This document shows, one piece after another, positions 29,634 through 38,798 of a DNA stretch of 64,000 bases (position 1 is its first letter; every line of letters begins with the position of its first letter). The DNA comes from Longimicrobiales bacterium (lineage in GTDB: Bacteria > Gemmatimonadota > Gemmatimonadetes > Longimicrobiales > Gaopeijiaceae): assembly GCA_965204735.1 (NCBI GenBank), contig OZ242008.1:3424001-3488000 (forward strand). Direction: 5' to 3'. Both the position numbers and the translations under genes were made by a program. Below the pieces are notes generated by a model. It was not told where the DNA came from and made no database searches. It worked only from the letters and a program-made list of their open reading frames with translations.

Positions 29634-30847
29634 CGCGAAACCGACGCGCCGAACAACGACACTTGCGACGGACGCAAGCGCGACGCCTTTTCGTCCGGCA
29701 GAAGCTGCTCCATCCTCATCAGTTCGCCCGCCGTGAAGTTGCCGTTCTCGATCACCGATCTCCCCGCCTCGTCAATGGGACCGAGGCGTGCGCCGCCTTC
29801 GTCCGACCCGACGGCGACGATGGAGTCCGTCGGGACCTGCTTGTGATCGAGCAAGTCGGCGCTCTGGGTGGTCGCGACCACCTGCGTTCGCTCCGCCCCG
29901 TCCGCCAGCATGTCCCACAGGACCTCGAGCGCACCTGGATGAAGGGCGGTTTCGGGCTCCTCGATGCATATGAGGCCGTGGCGTGAAGCGTTGGCACCTA
30001 AGCCTTGCAGCAGGGCTGCCAGCAGGCCCACGATCCTGAGCGTGCCGTCCGACATGTCTCGCGCAAGGAAGCGCCGGTGTCGAGTCCCTTTGTGCCCCAT
30101 CTTCCTGAACGCGAGCGTGCGCCAGGGTCCCAACGCGAGTTTGTCCACGGTGGCCAAGTCGGGCACCACGGCTTGCAGGTATCGATCCAGTCTTTCCTTA
30201 GTCGTTGGAGATTGGCGCTTGATGGCTTCCAATACGCTTGCAATGTTGCGTCCGTCCGCTCGCAGAGGGCCCTGTTCGGGTTCATGCAGCTCGCGGATGG
30301 TGTCTGGATTGAATCGATACACATACACTTCGGACAACGCCTCGTAGGCGGGACGGAATTCGGGGACAGCCGCCAAGCGCATGAGGTAGAGATCGTTCTT
30401 CGGCACGGGCGGCGGGTGCGTGAAAGTGCATTCCGTTACTTGACCATGTTCGAGTGCGCAGAAGTGAGTTTCAGTCCGGCTGGTCAGCCGACATTCCTCT
30501 CTTCGTATGTCCAGTTTCCCGTTGCGATTCCCGCCCAGGGAAACGGCGTAGTGCCCCGTGGCGACTCCAAGGTTGTAGTCGAGGCGGATCCCGAAGTGTC
30601 TCGTCCGACTCGTCGTCCGTCGCGCTATCTCCCCGGCTCCGCCGCGTCGCTGAAGAGCGTCCACCAGCGACGAACGAAGACAGTCTGCCACCAAGCCGAT
30701 CGCATCCAGAAAGTTGCTCTTTCCCACACCGTTGAGGCCGACCACTAGAGACAGATGGGCCAGCGCCACGTCGCAGGCCGCAATGTTTCGGTAGTTGCGA
30801 ACGCTGACTCGGGTTACCAGGCGGTGATCGGCAGATAAGTCGGTCAT
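29630..30847 (-). CDS. ABC-type (AAA_21/OLD-like) ATPase, copy B
   Basis: GLNGVGKSN, MSDGT, IEEPETALHP, TTQS; ATGA overlap with the drmMI stop. Confidence 0.88.
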   Translation of the reverse strand: MTDLSADHRLVTRVSVRNYRNIAACDVALAHLSLVVGLNGVGKSNFLDAIGLVADCLRSSLVDALQRRGGAGEIARRTTSRTRHFGIRLDYNLGVATGHYAVSLGGNRNGKLDIRREECRLTSRTETHFCALEHGQVTECTFTHPPPVPKNDLYLMRLAAVPEFRPAYEALSEVYVYRFNPDTIRELHEPEQGPLRADGRNIASVLEAIKRQSPTTKERLDRYLQAVVPDLATVDKLALGPWRTLAFRKMGHKGTRHRRFLARDMSDGTLRIVGLLAALLQGLGANASRHGLICIEEPETALHPGALEVLWDMLADGAERTQVVATTQSADLLDHKQVPTDSIVAVGSDEGGARLGPIDEAGRSVIENGNFTAGELMRMEQLLPDEKASRLRPSQVSLFGASVSR

Positions 30848-33800
30848 CGGCGGTCTTCCTCGGCAGCGCGCTTGCCGTTGAGTTCGAGAAGGCGGGCGAG
30901 GACTTCGTCGCGCACATCGTCCGGCCAGCGATAGCGGTAGGGCTTTTTCCTGTGACCCCACCCTTCCTCGTCAATCTCGTTGTCGAGCAGGAATTCGCTG
31001 TTGGTCCGAATGCTGTTCCAGCCGTAAGCGTCGAGGATAGCCCTGTCCATGGCGGCGTGAAAGTCGCGGAGCTGAGCGATTGCCGAGTCGTACTCGTTGG
31101 GGTCGTGGAAGCGGTTGTAGGTCTTGGTGAGGCCTTCATCGTTGCGGATCATGAGGTTAGCGCGAAACTGGTAGTATTCCTTGCCGATGGCTTCAAGGGA
31201 CGGTTGGGTCTCCCATTTCTCGGGGAACGGGAAGGTATCGAAGACGTCGGAGGGGGTGTAGCGGAGTCCATCCCCAAGGGTCGAGCCGAAGAAGCGCGCC
31301 CAGACTTCGTGGACGCGTGACTGGAGGGCGCAGAAGGCGGCGTAGGTGTCGAAAGGGAAGACAACAAGTGAGTTGGCGTAGACCATGCGGGTGGGCAGAA
31401 AAGTAAAGGTCGCATGTTGGCCTACGCGAGAAACTGCCACGACCCTCGCTCTGTGCTTGATGCTCGAATACAGCCGATGTGCCTGACGATAGTGTTGCCA
31501 CCAGTACTTGGCTGCTCGCTTTCCGTGTCCGGATTTGCTCTTTTTAGCGGATCGTAACCGTTCTGGCTTGACCTTGCCTTCGACGATAGCTAGAAGTTCC
31601 GGCCAGTCGGCCGCGCAGGGATGCGGATAGTCAATCGGTACGATTCCCGACTTTCTAAGTATACGTTGTTGGTCTGTTGTAGCCTCCGCCCACGACACCG
31701 GAACATCTTTACGCTGTCGGGGATAATCGAAGAAGTGAATGACGTACCGATGATGCTTCTGTCTGGGATGCGAATTGACTTCGGAACCCCCGATATAGGG
31801 ACGAATACAATCTGCACAACCTGGGCTGTCTGTCAACAATCTATTCATGTCGGTAATCGATGTTGCTACGCCCCGCTGGCTTGCATTGTCGTCAAAAGTA
31901 AACCCCATACCAAGTATATTGCTGCCCTGGAAGCTTTGATCCCTATTTGCCGATAGAATCGCTGGGTCATCATGACCGCCTTTGTGAAACAGAAACGCTG
32001 TTATGTCATCGACGACCCTGCCGTCAAGCCGTCGCTTCATTCCTGACAAATCACAGGTACGTCTAATGTGTATGATGCTAACGACGACAGCTGCTATGCC
32101 GGGCCACGGAACTCTTCGCAAGGCACGATAAATTGTGGCACCGTTCTTGCAGAGCCACCGCAGCCCACTTGTGCGTGTGTAACCCTGTGCAACAGTATTC
32201 GTAGCCAACAGGCCCATGCACCCTTCTCTCCGCAACAAGCTATAGCTTCGACGGAAGAAGTGCGCCACAACATCGCACTTGCCGGCACTTCCCGGATGGA
32301 GATACCGCAACCAAGCCGTGTAGTGCATGACATTGGATGCGACTACGGTAACGTGTCCGCCGAAGGGCGGGTTCCCGATGATTGCGTCGAATCCGGGGTT
32401 GCTCCGGTCGAACGCTCCAGGGAATTCCACTTCCCAGTGAAACGGGGCCAAGGGCAGGTCGGCCTCTCGCTTCTCTTCCAGGTAGCTAGCGTATTCCCCT
32501 GTCCTTCCATCGGCCACGGTGTCCGCAAAACGGCCTAGCGTCGCTTCGCGGGTCGCCGGCTTGTCGCCGTCGAAGTACGCAACGAGTATCAGATCCCCCA
32601 TTCGGCGGACCGCGCTTGTCGCCGAGTCGGCATCGTCCAGCATGTCCCGTGACTGCCAGTCAGACGAATCCTCGCCGGCCTCTCGAATCTGACGGCGCAA
32701 CTCTTTCGCCCGCGCCAGTTGCTCCTGGGCCTTCATCGCCTCCAGCCCCGGCTGGAACGTAGGCGCGTTTGCTTTCCAGTGGAACGAGGCAATCTGCTTG
32801 TTGGTCAGCCCCACCAACGAGTCCCCGTGGCGCAGAGCGTGATCCAGGAATGTCAATGGCAGTTCCTTGGCAAGTGTGGCCAGCCACAACGACATCTTGG
32901 CCAAGTCCACGGCAATGGGGTTGCGATCCACGCCGTACAGACAGCGACGGGCAACCTCTCGGCAAGCCGCGATCAGCTCATCGTCGCCTTCCAGCGGTTC
33001 GGAAGGGCTGCCGTGAGCATGCCAAGATTCCACGAGAACGGTGCCCAGTTGGCGACATGCTTCCACCAGAAAGGCGCCCGATCCCATGGCCGGGTCGCAC
33101 ACCTTCAAGTCCAGGACTTGGTCGGGCGTAGGCGGCTTGCTGGGGTCGGTACGCAAGCGGTCCAGCACCGGCTTCAGCGTGTCGCGGACGATCGGCTCGG
33201 TCAGCTCGCGTGGCGTGTAGTGGGAACCGGAACGGCGACGCTCCTCGTTAGGCTGTAGGACCATGGCACCCGACGCCACCAAGTCGGGCGTGGCGTCGGC
33301 GTCCACAACGGGGCCCAGGGCGGCGTGCAAGGCCTCGATGGTGTCCGCTTGGCGAACGGCCTTCGCCACCTTGTCGGCAAGCTTGCGGTCGGTGTGGTGG
33401 TGGACCCATTTGATGCGCTTCTCCGGCGGCTGCTCCAGTAGCGAGTCCAGGTCGATAGTGGCCGGAGCGCCGTGCGTCTTGGCGGCCTTGATCGCCACGG
33501 ACTGGCCCGTCGCCGCCTCCAGCCGGAATCCCATCATCGTCTCGTACACAGAGCCGATGTGTTCCACGTCCAGCGCCCGGTACGAGATGCGTTCGCCCTT
33601 GAGCACCAGAAGCTTCTCCAGCACCCGGTAGACGGTGCCGTCCGACACCAGGGGCGACTCAATGCGCTCGTGTATCTGGCGTCCGCCGGCCACCTGTGCA
33701 CCCCGGCCCTCCAGGAAGCGGTAGAGGTCGGGTTGAAAGAGGGTGCCGTGACGGGGCGGCAGAATCATGGCACCACTGCGGGCACCGTCGTGGACCATGC

Positions 33801-34827
33801 GGAACAGAAACAGCAACTGGGCGTAGGCACCGTAACGCTGGTCCATCGTGTCGGCGTGGAGGGCCGCGTCTTCCCGGAGGCGCTTGTGGAGCCCGGCCAG
33901 CGAGTACGCGCCGAGGAACACGTCGTCCTGGGGAAGCAGGTCCCGCTCCTCTGCATACAGCAGAAAGATCAGTCGCAATGTCAGCGTCAGCAGCCCGCGG
34001 TAGACGTCATCCGGACTGTCGCGCAGCGGCACTTCCAGTAGCCTACCTCCAGAGGCGTCGTGCGCGGCCTGGAAACCGCGAAGCAACTCGTACAGGGCGT
34101 GTAGCACCTGCTCCGACAGGTCCTTGCTGACCTCGTTCTGGAACTTGCGACTGTCGGCAATGAGCGCGGCCAACCGCTTGTCCTTGGGAACCGTCAGCAA
34201 GCGCGACTCGCCGAGGAGCAGACGCATCGCGGTACTGATGGGACGTCCGGCCGTCTCCACCATGTCAGCCACGCGGAAGTTGATCCACCCCGAACTCTCC
34301 CCTTTGGGCGCGGATACCAATCGCAGCGCTTTGCCGTTGAAGATCAGCCCTGCGGTAACTCCCGTGTGGCGCAACAGGCGTTCCATGGCCGCATGGGTGC
34401 GGTCCGCCCCTTCAGCCTGGTCGAAGCCGCGACTTGGCTGGCACGTGAGGACAAGCAGCTGCCATTCGGACTCGTCGCGTCCTGTCCGAACGGCGTAGTC
34501 CGGGCGCACGGTCTCGCCGTCGGGCATGGTAACGTCCATCTCCTCTGGAAGCGGCGATTCGGATGTCCCCGCGTAGCCCTTCGGCGAGAAGCTCCAGCCC
34601 AAGACAGCCCCAGCGAAATCGCGGAAGTCGGGAAGCGGAGGGGCGAAGCCGCCGTCGGAATCGTCGGTGTCAATGCACGCCCGCAGTCGCTCCTGGCCCT
34701 CCACGTCGCGACGGTTCAGAATCACGCCGGCACGCACCAGCGCCACAGGTGAAACGACGAGCCCCGTCGGCTTGACGAAACCGAGCCATTCCAGGTGCGC
34801 CGCGATCTGCGGGTCGGGCTTGGCCAC
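30844..34827 (-). CDS. drmMI: DISARM class 1 adenine methyltransferase
   Basis: HLEWLGFVKPTGL N-terminus, GSHYTP, CDPAMGSGAFLV, YGVD, IGNPPF; C-terminal VLARLLELN; located between drmD and drmA. Confidence 0.88.
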   Translation of the reverse strand: MAKPDPQIAAHLEWLGFVKPTGLVVSPVALVRAGVILNRRDVEGQERLRACIDTDDSDGGFAPPLPDFRDFAGAVLGWSFSPKGYAGTSESPLPEEMDVTMPDGETVRPDYAVRTGRDESEWQLLVLTCQPSRGFDQAEGADRTHAAMERLLRHTGVTAGLIFNGKALRLVSAPKGESSGWINFRVADMVETAGRPISTAMRLLLGESRLLTVPKDKRLAALIADSRKFQNEVSKDLSEQVLHALYELLRGFQAAHDASGGRLLEVPLRDSPDDVYRGLLTLTLRLIFLLYAEERDLLPQDDVFLGAYSLAGLHKRLREDAALHADTMDQRYGAYAQLLFLFRMVHDGARSGAMILPPRHGTLFQPDLYRFLEGRGAQVAGGRQIHERIESPLVSDGTVYRVLEKLLVLKGERISYRALDVEHIGSVYETMMGFRLEAATGQSVAIKAAKTHGAPATIDLDSLLEQPPEKRIKWVHHHTDRKLADKVAKAVRQADTIEALHAALGPVVDADATPDLVASGAMVLQPNEERRRSGSHYTPRELTEPIVRDTLKPVLDRLRTDPSKPPTPDQVLDLKVCDPAMGSGAFLVEACRQLGTVLVESWHAHGSPSEPLEGDDELIAACREVARRCLYGVDRNPIAVDLAKMSLWLATLAKELPLTFLDHALRHGDSLVGLTNKQIASFHWKANAPTFQPGLEAMKAQEQLARAKELRRQIREAGEDSSDWQSRDMLDDADSATSAVRRMGDLILVAYFDGDKPATREATLGRFADTVADGRTGEYASYLEEKREADLPLAPFHWEVEFPGAFDRSNPGFDAIIGNPPFGGHVTVVASNVMHYTAWLRYLHPGSAGKCDVVAHFFRRSYSLLRREGCMGLLATNTVAQGYTRTSGLRWLCKNGATIYRALRRVPWPGIAAVVVSIIHIRRTCDLSGMKRRLDGRVVDDITAFLFHKGGHDDPAILSANRDQSFQGSNILGMGFTFDDNASQRGVATSITDMNRLLTDSPGCADCIRPYIGGSEVNSHPRQKHHRYVIHFFDYPRQRKDVPVSWAEATTDQQRILRKSGIVPIDYPHPCAADWPELLAIVEGKVKPERLRSAKKSKSGHGKRAAKYWWQHYRQAHRLYSSIKHRARVVAVSRVGQHATFTFLPTRMVYANSLVVFPFDTYAAFCALQSRVHEVWARFFGSTLGDGLRYTPSDVFDTFPFPEKWETQPSLEAIGKEYYQFRANLMIRNDEGLTKTYNRFHDPNEYDSAIAQLRDFHAAMDRAILDAYGWNSIRTNSEFLLDNEIDEEGWGHRKKPYRYRWPDDVRDEVLARLLELNGKRAAEEDRR

Positions 34828-34841
34828 GTGGAACCCCGTTG

Positions 34842-35294
34842 CTAGTCCTGCGGCAGGTCGGGCAGGCGCTGCCAGACCCACTCTCCATTCGGGTCGCTTG
34901 AGACGGGAGCGAACCGGAACACGACTCCGTCCTTGCGCGTTCCGAACACGCCTCCGCCGGAGATCACCGTCTTTGATCCGCCAGCGGGCGTCTCCTCCGA
35001 GGTTGCGGTCTCGGTGCCGGGCCGGTCGTGGTCCACCAGGTAATACTTGCCTCGACGCTGGTTCTTGAAGCGCTTGGTTCCAGACACCTCTGCGGCGACG
35101 ACACGCTGGGTGACGAGCGTTCTGAGAATGCTGTAGACCCTTTCGTAGTGGTCGGCGTGCGTGACCGTTATGCGCTTGGTGTCCCTAGCCGGGAGACCTA
35201 GCAGACGGCAGGTGATGTCCTTGATCAAGGACGGTCCGCTGGCCTCGATGTCAGCGACGACCGCTTCCTTGGTGATGTCGGTTGGCAAGATCAT
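34842..35294 (-). CDS. Hypothetical protein (possible winged HTH)
   Basis: Fills the gap between drmD and drmMI on the same strand; AGGAGG RBS; ERVYSILRTLV...RGKYYLV pattern. Confidence 0.55.
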   Translation of the reverse strand: MILPTDITKEAVVADIEASGPSLIKDITCRLLGLPARDTKRITVTHADHYERVYSILRTLVTQRVVAAEVSGTKRFKNQRRGKYYLVDHDRPGTETATSEETPAGGSKTVISGGGVFGTRKDGVVFRFAPVSSDPNGEWVWQRLPDLPQD

Positions 35295-35314
35295 GGGAAT
35301 CCTCCTATCTCCAG

Positions 35315-38300
35315 TCAGTTTTTATCGGGCCACAAGTATACAATGCCCACCGGCTCTATCCGGGTGGCTTGGACGTCGTAGAATGCGCCTACTCGCGCCG
35401 GTTCCCGCTCCAAGTCCCGGTCGAACCGCTCCAGGCGCTGCCGCCAGTGTCGCATGTGGGCCTCCCGCTGACGACGCTCCCTGGCGGACAGCTCAAGCTC
35501 CAGCTGGGCTTGGCTCTCGTGCTTGTCCAGCTCCCTCTTCACCCGGTCTCGCTGGTGCTCCAGAGTTTGGCGCAAGTCGCGGCTCTCGCGCTCACCGCGC
35601 TCGGCCAAGCGCTTCTTCGCATCCTTCGCAAGTTCCGCGGCCCGCTCCTCCAGCCGGGGCCTGAGGTCGGCCACATCCCGAGCGGCCGTTTGCAGCAGCC
35701 GACGCTGCACGCTCTCATTTGGTGTTCGCGGCCTACCGTTCGCCCCGGCGTCAGCCCCCAGGGCGTCGTCAAGCAGTTCGAGCGTGACCGACTCGGCAGT
35801 GCGCCCGTGGGCCGCAAGAGGCCGTCCTTTGCGTCGCGACGGCTCCAGCCAGCGAGCCGTTACCGGCACCAGCTCTTCGTGCAACCGCTCGGCGCGTTGC
35901 CCATAGAGCGACAAGCGGCCCAAGAGCGCCACGCGAGGAACCGAGTCCCGCGTTTGGGCTAGACACGCACGCGACAGGTCATGGAGCACGAAACCCTGGG
36001 CGCGAAAGCGAGCCAGTAGGCGTTGGGCCATGCGTTGCTCCAAGTGCAAGTGCACCACCTCGTCGGTCAGCACGCCCGAATCCTTGAACACGACGGGGCG
36101 GATCGGAGCGTCCCTTCGCCAGTCGGCCAGCTTCTGATCGATCTTTCTCGGTACGCGCAGCGAGTCCAGAGTGGTCGTCCACGTGGGGTCGGTCGCGGCT
36201 CGGCGCTCCAGGCGCGGGAAGACCCAGGCGGCGTTCCCACCGGCATCGGCGTTCGGGGCCAGCGGCGGAGCGCCCAACAGCTCCAGCGAGCACGACAAGG
36301 CGTCGCGGAACGGCGTCGCGTCGAAGCGAACCCACTTGCGCGAACGCTTCAGCAGCTCGTCGCACTGGGCGATTTGGACCCGAAGCGCGTCATGTCGGTC
36401 GCGGGCCTCCTCCAACTCCGCCTCGACCGCCCGCTTCTTGGCTTGGTCCAGGTCGGCGACTTCGATGGCTCGCCGCAGGTCGTCGGCGTCGGCGTGGCGG
36501 ATGCCCTGGCGCAGTCGCCGCTCCACCTCGTCGTCGATCACCTTGGACAGGCTGCCCAGCTCCTTCTTGATCGTTTCGGTCTTGCGCACCAGCACCTCCA
36601 GTACCCGGTCTTCCACCCTCTGGGGCAACACGAAGTAGTGGCAGTTGACCTCCGGCGCCGGCTGGAGCTTGCGATCGATGCGACCGTTGCGTTGTTCGAT
36701 GCGCCCCGGATTCCACGGCAGGTCGAAGTGGAAGAGGTCGGTGCAGTGGGCCTGGAAGTTGAGCCCCTCCCGTGCCGCGTCGGTGGCGATGAGGATTCGC
36801 AGAGGGTCGTTCGACGGGCGCGCATTGAACCGCCGCTGAACCGCCTTGCGCCTGGGACCTCGGGTCAGCCCGTCGATGACCTCGATGCGGTCCTCGGCTC
36901 GGTCGGTGTGCTCGATGGCGTGCTCCAGCGCTTGGCGGAGGTAGTACTTGGTGCCCGCCCGATTCTCGGTGAAGATCAGCACGCGACGTTCGTTCCAGCG
37001 GGGCTTGCGTGCTCCCGAAGGGGGCGGACGGCCGAAGGGGGGCAGGTCCGGGCACTGATTGCGACGTATCCAGTCGATCAGACGGCGGGTCTTTGCATCC
37101 GGAAGGTGGCGAGTCTCTTCGGCAATCTCCCGCATGCGGTCCAGCAGGCGCTGCTCATTGGCCCACTGGGCGGCGGCCGCGTCGTCGGGTGTCGACGGGC
37201 CTTTGGTCGCCGACGCATCCGCTGTTCCCCCGGCCTTGGTCAGAGATTCGACCAAGCGGGCCTCTTCGTCGTCGGTCCGCTCGCTGGTCCATTCGTCGCG
37301 TGCGTGCTCGTCGTCGGCGCCCGGCGCGGTCAGGAAGAGGTCGGCAACCCGTTGGGAAGGCGGGGGGCTCGTCGATTCGCGGACGCCGGTCGTCGCAGAC
37401 GGTGCCTTCTTCCCCTCCGCCAGCTCTTGCTCCCAATGTCGCCGCACCGTCCTTCGGTGCACTTCAAGGGTGCGAGCGAACGCCTCGATCGACGACAGCA
37501 ACCGCTGCTGCAAGCCGACCACCAGCAAGCCGGCGGCTGCTCGTTGCTTGGCCGTAGCCCGGGCATGGCGCTCCTCGCGGGCGGTCCGGTACTCGTCCAG
37601 CAGCTGCGACAGCACGATCTCGGGAGCGTCCGCCGGCAGTCCGTCCACCTTGATGCGCACGATGTTGCGCTTCGGAAAGCCGCCCTGCACCAAGCGAACG
37701 TCTTCCTTGAGCCGGCGCACCATTACGTCCTCCAACACGCCCCTCCCCTGGATCTTGACGCCCCGCGTGAAGCGGTACGGGTCCAGCAGCTCCAGCAACG
37801 TCGAGAAGCTGTTGGAGTGGCCGTTGTGGGGCGTGGCCGAGAGGAACAACCGGTGCTCGAACCGTTCCGACAGGTCGCGCACGGCCCGAGTGAACTTGGT
37901 CTCGATGCCGTAGCGGCCCGCGGACGACGGGGCGGCGTGATGGGCCTCGTCCAAGATCAGAAGGCTACCCGGCAACAGAGGTCCCAGCCATTCGCGCATC
38001 GAATCGGCGTAGGCCGGCACCGAAAGCAGCCGGTGGGACACGAGAAAGCGGCTGTGCGTGCGCCACGGGTTGACGCCGAATCCCCGTCCCTGCCGCATCC
38101 TAGCCACGTAGGCCCTGTCCAGTATCTCGAACACAAGGCCGAACCGCTCCTCCATCTCCCCCTTCCACTGCTCCAGCACTGACGGAGGCGTCGCCACGAC
38201 AATTCGGTTCACCTTCTTGCGAAGCAGAAGCTCGCGAGCGATTAGGCCGGCCTCAACGGTCTTGCCCAGCCCAGTGTCGTCGGCAATGAAGAGGTTGACT

Positions 38301-38713
38301 CTCGGCAGCCGAAGCGCCTTCCGAAGCGGTTCCATCTGGTAGGGGTCCAGCGTGATGCCGGCTCGAAACGGTGCCTGAACCAGATTTGGGTCGGTCGCCG
38401 TCACGCAGTTCCACCGCAACGTGTGGAAAAACGCCGCAAAATGACGTGGGGCATCGAAGCCGTGCTGTCCGAGTTTGTCCCAGCCCCCGTCCCTCAGGAT
38501 TCGGCGGTCGAGTTCGTACTTCCAGTATACTTGCAGTTCCTGTCCCTGAGCGTCGTCGTCGGCGCAGGCCAAGTGTACTACTGGCGAGTCGCCGGGCTCC
38601 GCCGGATCCCCCACGGCTTCAACCAGCCAGCGGCGGGAGCGGAGTTGAACCAAGTCGCCGGGCTTGGGCGGACAGTCCGGCAACGGCTGGGGTTCGGAGC
38701 GAGACGACAACAC
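35315..38713 (-). CDS. drmD: DISARM SNF2-like helicase; start approximate
   Basis: ADDTGLGKT, LDEAHH, LSATPHNG, TDAAREGLN, WNPGRIEQRNGRIDR, C-terminal EPVGIVYLWP. Confidence 0.9.
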   Translation of the reverse strand: MLSSRSEPQPLPDCPPKPGDLVQLRSRRWLVEAVGDPAEPGDSPVVHLACADDDAQGQELQVYWKYELDRRILRDGGWDKLGQHGFDAPRHFAAFFHTLRWNCVTATDPNLVQAPFRAGITLDPYQMEPLRKALRLPRVNLFIADDTGLGKTVEAGLIARELLLRKKVNRIVVATPPSVLEQWKGEMEERFGLVFEILDRAYVARMRQGRGFGVNPWRTHSRFLVSHRLLSVPAYADSMREWLGPLLPGSLLILDEAHHAAPSSAGRYGIETKFTRAVRDLSERFEHRLFLSATPHNGHSNSFSTLLELLDPYRFTRGVKIQGRGVLEDVMVRRLKEDVRLVQGGFPKRNIVRIKVDGLPADAPEIVLSQLLDEYRTAREERHARATAKQRAAAGLLVVGLQQRLLSSIEAFARTLEVHRRTVRRHWEQELAEGKKAPSATTGVRESTSPPPSQRVADLFLTAPGADDEHARDEWTSERTDDEEARLVESLTKAGGTADASATKGPSTPDDAAAAQWANEQRLLDRMREIAEETRHLPDAKTRRLIDWIRRNQCPDLPPFGRPPPSGARKPRWNERRVLIFTENRAGTKYYLRQALEHAIEHTDRAEDRIEVIDGLTRGPRRKAVQRRFNARPSNDPLRILIATDAAREGLNFQAHCTDLFHFDLPWNPGRIEQRNGRIDRKLQPAPEVNCHYFVLPQRVEDRVLEVLVRKTETIKKELGSLSKVIDDEVERRLRQGIRHADADDLRRAIEVADLDQAKKRAVEAELEEARDRHDALRVQIAQCDELLKRSRKWVRFDATPFRDALSCSLELLGAPPLAPNADAGGNAAWVFPRLERRAATDPTWTTTLDSLRVPRKIDQKLADWRRDAPIRPVVFKDSGVLTDEVVHLHLEQRMAQRLLARFRAQGFVLHDLSRACLAQTRDSVPRVALLGRLSLYGQRAERLHEELVPVTARWLEPSRRKGRPLAAHGRTAESVTLELLDDALGADAGANGRPRTPNESVQRRLLQTAARDVADLRPRLEERAAELAKDAKKRLAERGERESRDLRQTLEHQRDRVKRELDKHESQAQLELELSARERRQREAHMRHWRQRLERFDRDLEREPARVGAFYDVQATRIEPVGIVYLWPDKN

Positions 38714-38798
38714 AGCTATTGACCGGCTACCTGAGACCCGCTGGCTCGGTATCCCAGCGCTTACGCCAAACACCACCGACCATGACAACCATACTACC

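Noticed and set aside
30844..38713. BREX or standalone type IIG RM assignment
   Set aside because: No PglZ or BrxC; adjacent drmA/drmB and the SNF2 + MTase order fit DISARM class 1.
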